Positions 13,856 through 30,287 of a stretch of 64,000 nucleotides of DNA are shown piece by piece (position 1 is the stretch's first letter; the number at the start of each line of letters is the position of its first letter). The notes below the pieces were generated by a model. The model searched no databases. It was given only the letters and a program-made list of their open reading frames with translations, and had not been told where the DNA came from. The DNA lies in NCBI RefSeq assembly GCF_009914755.1, contig NC_060939.1. The stretch is one strand, 5' to 3'. Source of the DNA: the human T2T-CHM13v2.0 reference genome, Homo sapiens. The translations under genes were made by a program, and so were the position numbers.

Positions 13856-15254
13856 CTCCCTCCACCTCATTCTTTGCCTTGATATTTCATGCCGTGGTTA
13901 CCCCTTTTGGAAGGGGGGTTGTTGAGACAGGATGCTAACCCAGACTTCCAGAGAAGATGCAGTGACTAGTGTGGAGACCCATCCTGGGATCTGGAGTTCT
14001 CCTTCCTCCCTGTCTGGCTGGGGGCCTTCAGTCAAGGACCCCTGAAGGCAGGGATCTGGGCAGAGTGGGTGGAGGCTCACAATGACTCACAGGTGACCCA
14101 TGGGCTTGTCTCAGCAGCCAGAGGGTTGGGCTCAGCAAAAATAACAATAACACAGTGACAGTGATCATGGGATAGTCCCAGGAATAAGGCAGCCCTCACT
14201 TGCTGATGATGTTCCACTCGAAGCTCACTGCGAGCTCGGCTATTTACACCCTCTGGTTCTAACGGTGCAGTCCTGGAAGCAGGCTGCGTTATTCCCATGT
14301 GATAGTGGAGGAGGCCAAGGCCCAGGGGAGAATGTGGATGTGTCTGAGGTCACATGGCTGGCCAGTGGGAGTGGAGCAGATGAAGATGACTATTCCCATC
14401 TGGCCGCTGGCTCCTACAGAAGCCAAGGCTCCTTCTCTTCCAGCAGGATCCCCATGGGAAAAAAGACAAGGGTGGGGAGCAGGCCTGGGGTGAGGCCTGG
14501 GAACCAGGGTCTTCATCTACCCTGCAGGGCCCCCACACCATGGCTTGATTTTCCACCCACACCTGCCCCCCATGACATCAGTTCCTGGAGACTCAGAACC
14601 TCAGAATTTTTGTTCAGTGAGAACTTCCCTTTGTCCCAGGGTTATAAACACAGCTGGTGTCAGTGGTTGAAGGATGGTTGGCCTGAGAACCATCCCCAGC
14701 CAGACCGAAGCCATAAGGATTCTTTCCAGATGTTCTCCCATCTCTGCCACCTGGGGCCCCTAAGGTGTTCTCATGCCTGAAACCCCCATTCAGACTCAAG
14801 AAGCATGAGTTCTCCCCCACAGGCTTCTTCTGGAATCCTGCATAACAGCCTCAGAGGGCATTCATGGGGGAGATTTGGGGCCATGAGGCAGGCCAGAGGG
14901 GGCCTTCCTGGTGTCCTCATTGCATCCTGCATGGGCTGTCTCCTCTGCTTACTCCTGAGCATGGGCAGAGCGGCTGACAGCCTCCTCCTCCCTCCCTGGT
15001 CATCATGAGCAGCCAGGAGGCTTGGTGATCCCTCCAGGCTTTATGTAGCTTCCCTCTCCCTAGCCTGGCCCCCGTGGGTCCCAGGGTCACATGCCACAGG
15101 GTCTAGCTTGTAGTGGAGTGAGGGAGGCCATTGAGCAGGGGCTGGGGCTCTGGGCACCGATTAGGCTCCTCCTACCCCTGTGTATTCCCTGATTCTGTCA
15201 TCCTTCCATGCACACACTTAAGTTTCCAGCAGAAGGAGCTGCCCTGGAATCCCG

Positions 15255-15406
15255 TTGATCTCCTCGTTCCCCCCCTCCTTCTCTGAGGCTCCCCCTATCC
15301 ATCCAGAAACCTGTGAGATACTGAACACCATTATCAGGGAGAAGCTGAGCTCAGAGATGCTTAGGGGATGTGCCACACAGTCAGCAGCAGTGGAGCCGGG
15401 AGCCAG
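15255..15406 (+). repeat. Local duplication, copy 1 (partner at 16939-17065)
   Basis: Shared core agctgagctcagagatgcttaggggatgtgccacacagtcagcagc. Confidence 0.9.
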
Positions 15407-15620
15407 AATTCAAAGTCAATGTCTTCAGGGCCAAGCTACTTATGCAAATCCTGTAGTTCCTGGCATGTGATGCAATAGAGAGAGGAAGCAACTGTGGCAA
15501 ACCAGAGAGCACCTGGCTCATTCAGAGGAGTAGCCCCTGCCCGTCCTACTGATCTCTACATGGAAGAATGAGGGCATGGGTTGTCAACCCTCTTCATTTT
15601 TGTTTATGTTTAATTATTAG

Positions 15621-16067
<447 letters not shown>

Positions 16068-16481
16068 GCCTCTCTCAATTTTTAAAGAGAAACCAGAAAT
16101 CCAAATGTTTGTGTAAAATCAGCCAAGTTTTACTTTCAGGCCAAACACCTCTGGTCAGTGAGGATCTCTGGGCCCCTCATTGTTCCTCTCCTGAACCCTC
16201 AACCCAACTCGGACACCACCGGTGCCTCCAGCTTTGCTGACTGGTCCCCCTCTGCCAGGGGAGTGACCTCCCAATGGCTGTGCATCCTCCACACATGTAT
16301 AAGTAGGCATTCTCCTTTCTTGAAGCCCCTTCTTTCCTCGCCTCCAGGACAACCCCCTCTCCTGATTTTCTACCCTGTCTCTGGCCACTCCACTGTGGGA
16401 TACTCTTTGTCCCAGTACCCTGCGAATGTCAATGCTCCTGGCTCAGTCCTTGGCCTCTCCTCTGCATCTCTACCCTCCTTC

Positions 16482-16784
<303 letters not shown>

Positions 16785-16938
16785 TCTATACTTTTTAAGA
16801 GATCCCCCCTCACCTAGGCATCCCCCTTTCCCCCCATCCTGAAAGCCCCAGAATCCCTGGATCCAGCCTCTCTCCTGAGCTCCAGTTCCATAGACCCACC
16901 TGCCAATATACGTCTCCACTCAGACTCAGCCTTCCTCA

Positions 16939-17065
16939 TTGATCTCCTCATCCTCCCTCCTTCTCGAAACCTGTGAGATACTGAGCGCTGTTATCAGGGA
17001 GGAGCTGAGCTCAGAGATGCTTAGGGGATGTGCCACACAGTCAGCAGCGGTGAGCCAGGAGCCAG
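16939..17065 (+). repeat. Local duplication, copy 2
   Basis: Matches 15255-15406, lacking ~22 nt. Confidence 0.9.
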
Positions 17066-20000
17066 GACTCAAGCCCACGACTGGTGAGCCTGAACACAAA
17101 GCTGTCTCTCTGGTCTTCAGCAAGCCTGGCCTGGGAATGCTCAGGAGGCCCTGGGGTTTTATCCCTGGGAGGGCAGGCTGTGGCCTACCCCTTCCCTGTT
17201 CCCATACAAAGGTGGGGACAGAGGAGCAACTGGCCCTGAGTGAGGAGAGGAGCTAGTGGGCATGGCCCCCTCCCTCTCCTGTCGACTTCCCAGCGGTGTG
17301 CTCCTGCGGTGCCCTGTGGCGTTGGAGGAGTGGGGCCTAGGGACTAGCCGGGGACTGTGGCAGGGACTCTCAGGATGGTCAGTGTGGCTAACAAAACCAG
17401 ACCTCGATCCCTCCACAGCACCCTGGAATGGGACAGAGAGACCAGGGGCCAGGCTGGACCGAGGCGCTCAGTGCCCCCTGGGCCTGGAGGGAGCCCAGTT
17501 CCCCCACTTTCCCCCCACAGCTGGGTTCTGCTTCCCCACTTTGGGGACACGCTCTTGGGACAGGACTTGGGATCTGAACCCTCCTCCCAGCCAAGAGCTA
17601 TTTCCAGGACAGTTCTGAGGAGCTGCCACTGGCTCAGCAGCCTGGGCCAGTGAGTTGGCCTGGCAGAGCTTGAAAGGAGGGGCTGCCACTGTCCCACCTG
17701 ATTTTCCAGTGGTCTGTCCCTTCTTCTTTCTTTCAGCAAACACCTGCTGGGCCCCACTTTGCCCAGGCAGTGGGAACTGAGCTCCAGCAGCGACAAGACA
17801 GGTCCCTGCCCTTGAGGGGTGAACAGTCTAGTAGTGGTGGTGAGGGTGGGGAGGCGCCAGGAATCATAATGCTGTCCCCACTCACTCATCCTTTGCCCAC
17901 AGTCTCCCAGGAAGGCGGCCATCCAGGCTCCAGTCGCCAGCACTAGGGTATCGGAGCCCCTCAGGAGGCTGGGCTCTGTGTCTGAGCCAGGGAGTGGCCC
18001 CAGACCTCAAAACGTGGACTGAACACCACACGAGTTAAGCAGGGAATGAGAATCAGAATGACAGGAATCAGAAGAGTCCGGTGATTTCTGTGAGGTCAGG
18101 AAGTTCGACTTTATGTCTGGCCCACGTTCCTCCTGCCCTAAGGCTGCGTACGGGAGAAAGGGGGTACTCGAAAGAGTGGCTGTTCAGAGTGACCGAACCA
18201 TTGAGAGGATTCCACGTCCTGGCAAGTCCTGCTGGGTTGCTCATCCAGGCCCACACCTTCCAAGGGGACTGTCATTGCCTCCCCATAGGACTGTGATGGT
18301 GACTGACAGGTCCACCCATTGCGGCCCAAGAAGGTGGCTCCCAGGGCCCCTCACCAGCTATGCCACAGGACAGGACACGGCATGACACTCCAAAGGCTGA
18401 CAGATGGTGCAGACAGCGGCCCTTCCTGACCCTGCATCGCCTCCAGCCTCAAAAAGAGCAAAAAAGTATCTCTGGAAAACAAGGAAATCCCCTTCCCAGA
18501 AGAGGGTAGAAGGTGCAACAATGCCCAGAACACCGGCACTTAAGCCTGACTTTGGGCCATCACAAAGCTCTGTGGGCTGTGGCTTTCTCCTTGTCCGCCA
18601 TGGGTGGAAAGGAGGGGTACCCACACTTTTGGATGAAGTGTGAGTAGTGGTGGGGTGGAGGAGCAGCATCCTTGTTTGACAGGAAGATCTTTGCCTTTGC
18701 TAGAGTGCTTCTCAGAGTTTCTCGGAAGGTGCCCTTTCTTTTTCCCAGAGCAGCCCCCATGCCCTGCAGGCAAGGGCAGGGGAAGAGCTGGGCCCTCAGG
18801 GACTGGGAGCTGCTGGCCTCCAGTTGGTGCCCTCCTTACTCCAGAGTCAGTTATTCTGTAAACTGAGGCCCACCTGCAGTGTTGTAGCACCATCAGCAAT
18901 TAGTGATGCTTCATTAGAGTCCAATTAATAAATGAAACCCAGGATGAGAGTCCCTCGCGTTGCTGAGAATAACAGCCCTGCTCATGCCTTAAGTGGCAGC
19001 CTCCTGGGGCTCAAAACCCACAAGGACCAGCTGCCCTGCCGTCAGCATGGGGCTGGGGGAGGCGGCAGCACAGACTGGGGGCCTTGTCAAGGCTGTTGTC
19101 TGGTGAAGCGGGGGCGAGAAGAGAAGGGAGCTTCAGCACTGACTCCCTGCCTCAGATCTCAGCTCCTCCTTTGAGGAGTCCCTGGGCACAACCCCCTGCC
19201 CAGCAATCCCAGGGGAGCTTGGCTAAGGCCAGAGGTGTGAGGGCTGGGGCTCTTCCCTCCTGCCTGCCTGGCTTCAGAAGACACTGATTGTGGCCACGGC
19301 AAAAAGGGGCCTTGAGAGGGACTCGGGGGAGAACCACAGCCTCCCTCTCCTGACTCCCCCAACCCATGCTCCGAAGTCAGCACCTGCATCAGCCAAACAG
19401 CCCCCCTCAAGCCTCACCTTCTCTCCTCCAAGTGGAAAGATCCTCCCATCTATCTGTTCAAGCCCTGCCTTCTCCAGGTTTAGGGTCAGAAACACAGGAA
19501 CCCAGACTTTGGCCACCCCATTCAGATGACTGTCTCTGCAGAAGCCAACTCCACACCTCCTGTTGCATAAGACTGGGCTCCTGGATTGGGAAGAGGTCAC
19601 TGGGTTTTTCAGAGCTTCCAGGAGTGGAGGCAGGCCTAGCCTATGGCCTGGGAGTCTGGCAGCCTCTTGGACTTCTGGAGGATGGGGGAGGCAGGCCTCC
19701 CTGGCTCAGAAGTTGGCATGGAGGAAGCAGGTTGAGGAGAATTGCCCTACCTTCTCAGGAAAGATTGAGACCCAACCATTACACCTTGACAGCTGGCCTG
19801 CAGGACTGCCAGTTCCCTCACCTCCCTCTCAGTTTCCCAGGTGAGCCAGCAATGGGTTGTGATGGGCCAGGTCAAAGGCGCCCAATACCTCCTATTCCAC
19901 CATCCATCCACTTAAAGGTCTGCTCCTTATCCACTATTCCCAGTGCCTGCCTGACTTCCCCAGTGCCAGGGGCTTCTGGGAACATCACTCTAGTCTCTCA

Positions 20001-20336
20001 GGATTTACAAGCCTGCCCAGCCAAGACCCCAGCAGCCACAGCAGATCTGAGTCAGGGCCCTCCCCTTTCCTTTGCTCTCTTGGTGGCTGTCCTGGGATTG
20101 GCACTCAAAACAAACCAGGCCGCCTGTGCCCCAGCTTCTAAAGCTCTGCCCAGGAGGCGGCCAGGTCTTGACTATTGTTCATGATTTGAGGCTTTGAGGG
20201 AGCCAGAGGCCAACAGGACAGGCAGGGCAGGTGGGGGAGGTGGGCTCAGGTGTGAATAGAAGACCCCAGAGGCAGCCTGAGGACTGGGTAACAAGAGTGG
20301 GTACAGTATGGTACTCACACCTCTCTGGGCAGCCTT

Positions 20337-20432
20337 TGTGCACGTGCATGTGTGCATGTATGTGTGTGTGCATGCATTTGTGCGCATGTGTGTGCATGTG
20401 TGTGTATGTATGTGTGGATGTGTGTGTGTGTC
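20337..20432. repeat. (TG)-rich microsatellite
   Basis: Directly visible; a similar degenerate tract lies at ~25400-25670. Confidence 0.9.
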
Positions 20433-22927
20433 TCCTGGAGTGAGGGGGAAAGCGGCTCATGAGCACTCTTGCTTTCTGTCCATCAAATCCCATGCTTTTC
20501 CGATGCTCATTTCTTCCACTCACAGCTGCAGCCCCCGGGAACCAGATGACATATTTTCCCTTAGTCATGACCTTGCAGAAGGAAAGCAAAGTCCTTGTTC
20601 CCTCCCACTCACAGCTGTGCTTGAGCCTGGCCCCCTTACACCCTGCTGGGGTGGGGGCCCCAGGAATGCCTAGCTGGGGACTGGAGTTTGTCAAAGACAC
20701 ACACACCCTTCCAGCAGCCTGGAGGGTAGGCCAGGTTGAGGGAGGTTTATGTTTTCCTGCAGCTTGGTCTCAGGGCTGCTGCACTCTAAACCCAACTCCA
20801 GTCCTATCCTGGCATGGCTGCCCATGCTGTGGCTGGATTAAATCTGGCCCCGAGACAGCAGGCACCACCCACTAGCTCCTCCTGGCCCTGGATGCCTGGA
20901 GCCAACGGGTCCAAGTCAACAGGGCAGGTCTTTGGGGGGACAGGGAGGGGGGTCTCTCCTTGCAGACAGCCTGTGGAGAGGCCTAGGGAAGCAGGTCTTG
21001 GTGAGGTCCCCTGGGTTCTAAGACTGCATTGGGAGCCCCGAGAGAGCCTGGGGACCTGGAACTCAGCCACGTGCCCATCTGCGGGGTGCAGAATGGGGCT
21101 GGGAGCAGGGAGTGAGCTCATCCCCTGCTCCTATTCTGTGAAGAATCAGAGGCCCTTCTTGCTCTCCAGATTCTAGAATAGCATCAAGACCCGGAGGAGT
21201 CAGCTGTGCCAGGAAAAGCCATTACCCCGAGAGCCTCCCTCCACCTGCTAAAAGCCTCCCCCTTCCCCTGGGGCCTCCCCCTCCCACCCAGTTGCTTTAT
21301 CTGCACTCACCTAGCCCTGATGACCTTCATATTAGATGGGGCAGGGAGGTGGGGAAAATAGTTGCTTAACTCTTTCTCTGCTGGAGGAAAGTCAGCACCT
21401 GCTCCCTTGCCTTGCCCCGTCACCTTTACCCACCTCTTTGCACCTGGGAATTCCTCCTGCCACCCTCCCAGGAGGGTTGGGAGGATACGAGGACAGTAGA
21501 AGACAGGCTGGCATGGGGTTCAATCTGAATCCTGTCACTATGTTGCCTGTGACTTCACACCTTCATTTGTGTCTTCTCTGTGCACACAGAGCCACATGAA
21601 GATCCCTGGGAATCCCCCAGGAATGTGTCCATGCAGGTGCAGTTTTGTGTCCAGCTCTGGGGTTGACATCTGGGTGCAGAAGGACTGACTTCTTCCTGAC
21701 ACACCCTTGGCGCTTCTGCTTTTCTGCTGTTTCTGTGCAGGTCCCTGAGGAGGGAGGCTGTGAGGCCTTATTGTGCACTAACTATATATCTATAAGTAGC
21801 AGATCGGGTGGCTGGGTAGCACAGGGAGGCTGCTGAGAGCCTGAGGTCTCTGACTTTGCTGGGGCAGCTGTCAGGAGCGGGAGCCTAGGCACAGAGCGTC
21901 ATGGGAGGTACTTAGATTGCACCCCTTGGTCAAGCATGGTCACAGAGCCGGAGGGAAAAAGGGACCCGAGGGTGGAGGGAGCAAGCTGAGCGCCACGTTC
22001 CTGCCAGGCTTCTGCCTTCCCTCTCTAGCCTGGCAGCCTCCCACACACCACTTTGCGGGTGTGAGGAGTCCATTCTGCAGAGCCTGCAGGGGTGTGTCTG
22101 GATGGACGCTCATCTGAGAAGGACTCCGGCTCTCTGGGCGATGCCCCTTCTCACCCCAGCTTGTACTCAGTGCTCCTTCCCCTTCATGCTGCCCTCAGGC
22201 AGGTCCTCTTGCAAAAACACCCAAGCTGTTTTGTATCACAAATGAGGGAATAACATGAACTGGGGCTTTCTGGATGCCAGGAGCTGAACATGCTTTCTTT
22301 CCAGTCCTTATAACACTCTCTCAGGGCGGTACTATTGAAAAAGGAGGAACTTAGTAGGTGCAGAGGGGAGATGATCTCGCCAGGATAAACGCGGGCTCCA
22401 AACCCAGCTCTGAATCATTCCCAAGCCTGTGCTCTTTCCAGGATTCCACACCTTGGCCCGAGCAGCCAGACATTCCCAATTGTAGACCCAGAACTGGGGG
22501 CATGATGGGGAAAAATCACGCCACGGCAAAGGGGCTGGTCACAGGAGGGTCAATAAGGCTAAGCTCTCTGGTGCTATGGGGTAATAACAGGAATCATATT
22601 TATATTTTAATAATTTAAGGTACTAAGAATTATTAACACTTTCTTGGTACTTAGCAATGTGCCAGGCACTACACATATTCATTCGTTTCCTTCCCACAAC
22701 CGCCCTGCAGGCTGGGCACCGTTAGCATCTCTGTTTTATAGATGAAGAAAATAAGGCACCACAGGTTCTGTACCTTGCCTAACATCACACAGCTGGCACG
22801 GGGTAGAGCTGGGATTTGGAACCCAAAATGCCCAGCTGCAGGGTCCTTCTTACAATCACTGTGTCATACTGCCTCAGTCAAAGCACAGCAGGAGTCCTCA
22901 GTTGACCCCTGGAACTTGGAGATGGAA

Positions 22928-22993
22928 CTCCTGCAAGCATGGTCACCCACAGAAGCAGGGCTCCTGCAAGCATGGTTACCCACAGGAGCAGGG
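22928..22993. repeat. 33-bp tandem duplication
   Basis: ctcctgcaagcatggtcacccacagaagcaggg x2 with 2 mismatches. Confidence 0.92.
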
Positions 22994-24036
22994 CTGTGAT
23001 GAGTGGGAGCAAGGAGCCAGGTCACAGCGTCACTTAAGTCTAAAGGGCAGAGGGAACAGTGAGGGCCGGGGGACTCCAGAGGGCTTCTTGGAGGAGAGGA
23101 ACAAGCTGGGCTGGGAAGAACCATGTTGGTATTGCTAATGCACAGAGAAGGTGGGGTCTGAGCCAACTGGCCTGCCCCACACTCCCTTTGGGGTCCTTGA
23201 GGGTGAAACAAGGGCTGGTGGGGATGACGTCTTTGTTCCCATCCTGGGGTACCATTAGTGCGTCTTGCCTCCCTCCGCAAGGTGTGTGGTGTGGCTCCCC
23301 CTGCTACAGGATCTCTGGGATGATTCCTCAGCCCATGACTGCTGCAGTTAATGGAGCAGCGCTGGGGATGGCCCTGGCCTAGTAACCTCTTCTACAGAAG
23401 AAGTATTCACTCTCTCCCTGAGCCGTTTGACGGCTCTGGATCTCCGATATCTGTGGGGTGCACTGGGATGCAGAGGGCCCAAGCTTACCTCTCACCTTAT
23501 ACAGCCTGGTCCTGAACAATCTGAGTGCTTGAGGGCTGGAAAGCCCTTTCCACCACCCCCTGCCCCCAGGCCTGGACCCAGCTCCAGGTTTCCAGCTCCA
23601 GGGGCCCAGCCCAAGGCCCTGCACACAGCAGGCATCTCAGAAGGCAGCAGGATGTGCGTGCTTCATTGCAAGCATTTAGAACTGGGATTGCCGGGTGGAG
23701 CCTGGAAATCTGGGCCAGAAGTTTAGGGAAATAAGGTGAAGAAGAGAGGACAGCCAGGCGGGGCATCGCACAGCCACTCTGCCCAGAGGATTCCTCCCAC
23801 CGAACAGAACCTAGAGAAGAGGGAGGCCATGCACACGGGCTCCTGCTGGAGAGCCCTCCCTGGCAAGGGCTAGGAAGTCAGGCGGGCAAAGCATCTACCC
23901 TCTACCCCCATCCCTACCCCTGCCCTGAGCCTCTCTAAGTGAGAGGCTTGTGACTAAGTGAAGGCCTCAGTAGTGGCCAGCGAGACAGTGTGGTCACCTG
24001 GGCTGGCAGGAGAGCTGGGGGAGAGGCCTGGGATGA

Positions 24037-24414
<378 letters not shown>

Positions 24415-26870
24415 TGAACACCTCCTTGGGCTCAGTTAAAAGCACTTAGAAAAAATCATAATACTGTCACGCCTCATCTCCCCATCCTGCTCGAAAAATG
24501 AGTTGTTCCACATAAATGAATTTTCCAGACAATGCAAGCTTATCTTTTTTATGACTGTTGTTATTATTTTCATGGCTGTTATTACCGCCGTCTCCTACTG
24601 AAACAGGACATTACAGCTTCCTGGCACGTCCCCACACATCACTCATTGGAGTCACCACCTCCCAGGAGGAGCAATGCTGCTCCCATTGCTTAAGAGAACA
24701 TCGAGGTTCAGGGAATTTAACTGGCTTAAGCTTAAGACCAAGGACCAAGGACTCAGCATTGCATGTTCTTACTGCAGCTCCAGGGTTCCCGCTGCTTCCA
24801 TTTGATTTTTTAAAAAATATTTGAAATGTCCCTAGAATGGATCCCTATTCCTGCCTAGTCCTCCCCAGGTGTCAGCCTGAGCCACGAGGTGCCCATGTAC
24901 ACACATGCATGTGCACACTTATATTTACTTTCACACTGTGGGTCTGTTGGATTTCCATTCTCCTGGGGGAGCTCAGGCTGGACACAAGGGAATACTGATT
25001 GGCTGATGCCCGGGTAGGGGGGCATCGCATCGGGCACTGCCAGCACAGACTGGAGGTGCCTGGCGATGTCTCTGATCTTATCTAGTCAGGACCTCAGACT
25101 TGCTTCTTGCAGGTGGTCTCTCCCTGAGAGGACAGGCTTTGCCTCTCCCCCTTGAAATCTTGCCAGGACCTAGACAGATCTCCTTGTTCTCCTCACACAG
25201 AGCAGAAAGCCAGCTGAAGACTATGGGAGAGGAGAAAGGAAACAGGAAGGGGAGCCTCCGTAAAAGGGGAAGGAGCTAGTTCTAGGTCAAGCCAGATAAT
25301 TTTTCTTTTCTGCCTGTAAAGGGATAGGTGGAGCTGTTGGGATGCTTTAAGAAGATGCAAAAGAGGAGGAAAAATTGACCTAGGATTTCATGCAGAGGCA
25401 CATGCGTGCCTGTGTGTGCATGTCTTTGTGAATGCCTGCATGCTGGTTCATGCGCATGTGTGAATGTGGTGTGTGCTGTGTCTGTACTTGTAGGCATGCA
25501 TGTCTGTGTGTCTTATGTGTGTGTGCGCGTGGGTGTGTCTAGCTGCAACAGTGTGGTTATATGTGTGTCTGGATGAATCTGGATGGTGGTGTATGCCTTG
25601 CAGTGCACAAGTATGTATAGATCGTGTGTGTGGCTCTGTGTGTATGCATGCATGTATTTATGTGGCTGGTGGGAAGTTAGAGGTTATGATGAGTGGACCT
25701 GAGCTGGGATCCTGCCCTGGGCTCTACATACTTGGGGTAACAGAGGAAAAAATGTAATAAGGTCAGTGACCCCAGGGCCCATCTGTGCAGCAGAGAGAGG
25801 GGCAGGACTAACTGCAGGAGGGACAAGAGAGTGGGGAGGCCTCATGGGCAGGCAGGGAATATTGGCAGGCATCTCATTGCAGATTGAAGTAGCTGGATGC
25901 TTGTTGGAACCGGTTGCTGTGGTGATGTCTGCGGTGGGGGTGGGGGAGATGGAGGCCAGGCCAAGAGGCGGGGGAAGGGTGGGAGGTAGCTCAAGGATGT
26001 GTTAATGAAAAGCAAAGGGGAGTTTCAGACCCTGTGTCAGGGCCAAAGCAGGCGGGTGGCAGAAATAGCTTGTTGGCCACACAAAGGGAACGGTGGGAGG
26101 CCGGAAGGGCACAATGCCCAGAGAGGAAGCTGATGAAGTGTGTTTGTAGCATGGAGACAGGAGCAGGGAGGAGTGGCTGTCCATTACCCCCAATTCCAGC
26201 TCATCTGCTGGCTGCCCACACAGAGCTCCAGGAATAGCGGGTGGGGAAAATGTACGGCACTCACCTCTCGTTCAACCTTGGCAAATCCCAACTGGATCTG
26301 GGGACTCTTGGTCCATGGCGAGTTGGCATAAGGGGCTTCAGCCTGCACAGCTCCTCGTGGTGCTTTGGCTGGGAGCACTGGAATCTCCCAGTTGAATTTC
26401 CTCAGGTCTGCCTACATCAGGGTTTGTGTTTGGAGAGCTGCAGATGCTTAAAGAGAAGGAAAATAGTGACAACCACGAGGAGCATTTGCACAGAATGTTA
26501 CAGCTTGAAAACACACTCTTCTCCCTACAACAACCCAAGGGGAGAGACAAGGCTTTTTATTAAAGTGTTGACATTTTGAAGAGCAGAAACATGAAGTTCA
26601 GAGAGGTTAAATTACTTGCTAACAGTCACAGAGCAAGTTAGTATTCTGGTACTAGAACCCAGGTCTGCTGACTTCATATCCCTTACCTCAATCTCCCTTC
26701 TTCAAGCCAACCTCAACACCTTCAGTGCCCTCTCCCCCTTCTTTCCTTTGAGCATGGATCCCATATGACAAGCTCTTGAGATACCTTGGCAAGTGTTCAG
26801 GGTCGCTGTGGGGAAGACAGAGAAAGAAGAATACTTAATAAAGCCCTCAGCTTCCTTCTCCACCCCAACA

Positions 26871-26920
26871 TCCAAATGACCCATCCAGTTCCAAATGACC
26901 CATCCAGTTCCAAATGACCC
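26871..26920. repeat. 19-bp tandem repeat x2.6
   Basis: tccaaatgacccatccagt repeated. Confidence 0.92.
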
Positions 26921-27394
26921 AGCGGCTGAGCCCGCTGAACCTGCTGAGCCCTCAAGGGCCAGCTGCTGTCCCTGGTGCTGAAACCCCTTGTCTCAAGAGA
27001 AGCAGAGGGCAAGGGTCTCCCCAAGTGTTTCCCTCAGGCACACCCCTCCGCCCCATCCTCCCTTTCCTGTTCTCTGTTTTGTATCCTTTCTTACCTCATC
27101 TCTCTCATTCTTTCTCCATCCCTCCTCTATCCTTCTCCTCCTTTTCTCCCTCCCCATCTCTTCTTCCTCCTGAAATCATAGACTTCCAGAATATAAAGAT
27201 GCCTCAAGTGTCACCAAATTCAACCCTTCCTATCATCTACTTTCTAGATGTGTTATGTTGATCAAGTTATATAACCCTCTGAGCTCCATTGTTCATATTT
27301 TAAGAACAGAGATGATGATACCTACCCGGGGGGTTGTGGTGAGAATTTGTTGGAATCATGGCTGAGACATGCCTGGCACATAGTAGATACTCAC

Positions 27395-27870
<476 letters not shown>

Positions 27871-28194
27871 TTACTTGTAGTAGACTTTTATTGATAGCTG
27901 TATTAAAGGATTTCCTTGAGCAGATCACTTTTTCTTACTGAAATTCAGTTTCCCCACCTGCAACATGTGTGAGATAATCTCTCCCCATCCTGCCTCAAGA
28001 GCTGACATAAGTGTTTGTGACCAAGGGAAAGAGTCTTATTCCTGGAAAGAGGTGCTATGCCTGCTTGCCTGTGTATCTCAGTGTGTGCACATGTGTGTCT
28101 GTTGCCACAGGGGACTGGACTCAGTTCTGTGTGTGTCTATCTCTGACCTGGGAGTTTCTAGACCATGGGAGAAAATTGCATGTTGGGGTCCTAA

Positions 28195-28632
<438 letters not shown>

Positions 28633-29951
28633 TGACAAGTCTAGGACCATGTGGGGCTCAGGAAACATGGCTCCTGGTACATACACAGGAATGGTGTCTA
28701 CAAGAATTTGGAATTCTCCAAATTCATCTCTGTAAAACAGCTGATTATTATAGGACAACTGCCACATTAAATGAATATACCAATTAAAGATAGATTTTGA
28801 TTACAAAAATGTTAAAAGAGCGGATCTAAAAATCAAAGAAACACAATATTTACCGAGTACCCGCTGCTTGCACGCCCTGTGCTAGACATTTCACACCCCC
28901 TCTCTAATCCTCAAGGTAAATTACATTTTGCAGACATGGGACTGGGACCTGGGGAGAAAAATCTCCTCCTCCTGGGTCACAGAGCAAGTGAGCGGCAGAG
29001 TTGAGGGTGAGCCCAAGTCATGCTGTCTCCCAAGCCAGTTCCTTCTGAGCTGCCTCCACATGCTGCCTTGGCCAGAAGGCCCAGGAGAGTTGGGGGGTAC
29101 ATGGAATAAAGCATTCCCTGGAATGCACCCCTGGAGTGAGCAACTGGGTCCAAGCCATGGACTGAGGGGCCTGAGGCTCCTCACTCCAAGGTTGGGCCTC
29201 CCAGGCCAGACCCCTGCCTGTCCTCCCTCCTAGTGCTGAAGGGTAAGGGGTAGAATTCACTCTCTCATTGCTCAAGGACTTATGAAGCACCTACTATGTG
29301 CCAGGTAGTGAGCCAGAGATGAGCAGAAGCATCACATTCCCCTCCCCACTGTGCATTCCAGACCCTGAAAGTGGTTGAGAGTAAAGAACAATGTGAAGCC
29401 AGACTGTCGGGGGTCCTAGACCAAGTTTGTTGCCTCCTAGCTGGATACCCATGGAAGCCACTTGGTCCCCAGGCCTCCATCCTCACTGGCAAAGCTGGCA
29501 CAGTCGTTTTGAGGATCTCAAGCAATGATAGGCAAGGTTCCTGGCATACAGTAGGTGCTCAGTTTGGTCAGTTACCCTCCCCCATCCCTCCTCCGGGCCA
29601 GCACTGAACTTTCTTCTAAGCATTTCTTCAATCATGGCACCAGGGGGCTTTACCTTCTCTTAGGCCCCATGAGGAACCCCAATCCCAGGGCTTCAGGATG
29701 GGCCATGCAGGGAAGTAAAAGAGAGATGTGCTACTCACCCTGGGAGACTCAGCACTTGAGCTGTAATTCTGGGGGCATCACCCAGGCCCCCTGGCTGTCT
29801 GTTCACTTACAACCCAGGCCTTGTTATCACATCTTTACTGGAAAGCAGACAGGCAGTGGTCCTTGTGAGGGTGATGAAATATTCAAATGGAAAAGGGAAG
29901 ATTTATTATATTGATCTCCTTGGAAGGGCTCACAGGGACCATGAGCTTTAA

Positions 29952-30287
<336 letters not shown>

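Noticed and set aside
18093-18107. DR3-like AGGTCA-GGA-AGTTCG
   Set aside because: A single imperfect motif expected by chance; no supporting context
26871-26920. TGACCC half-sites in the 19-bp repeat
   Set aside because: The spacing (DR13) matches no standard nuclear receptor element
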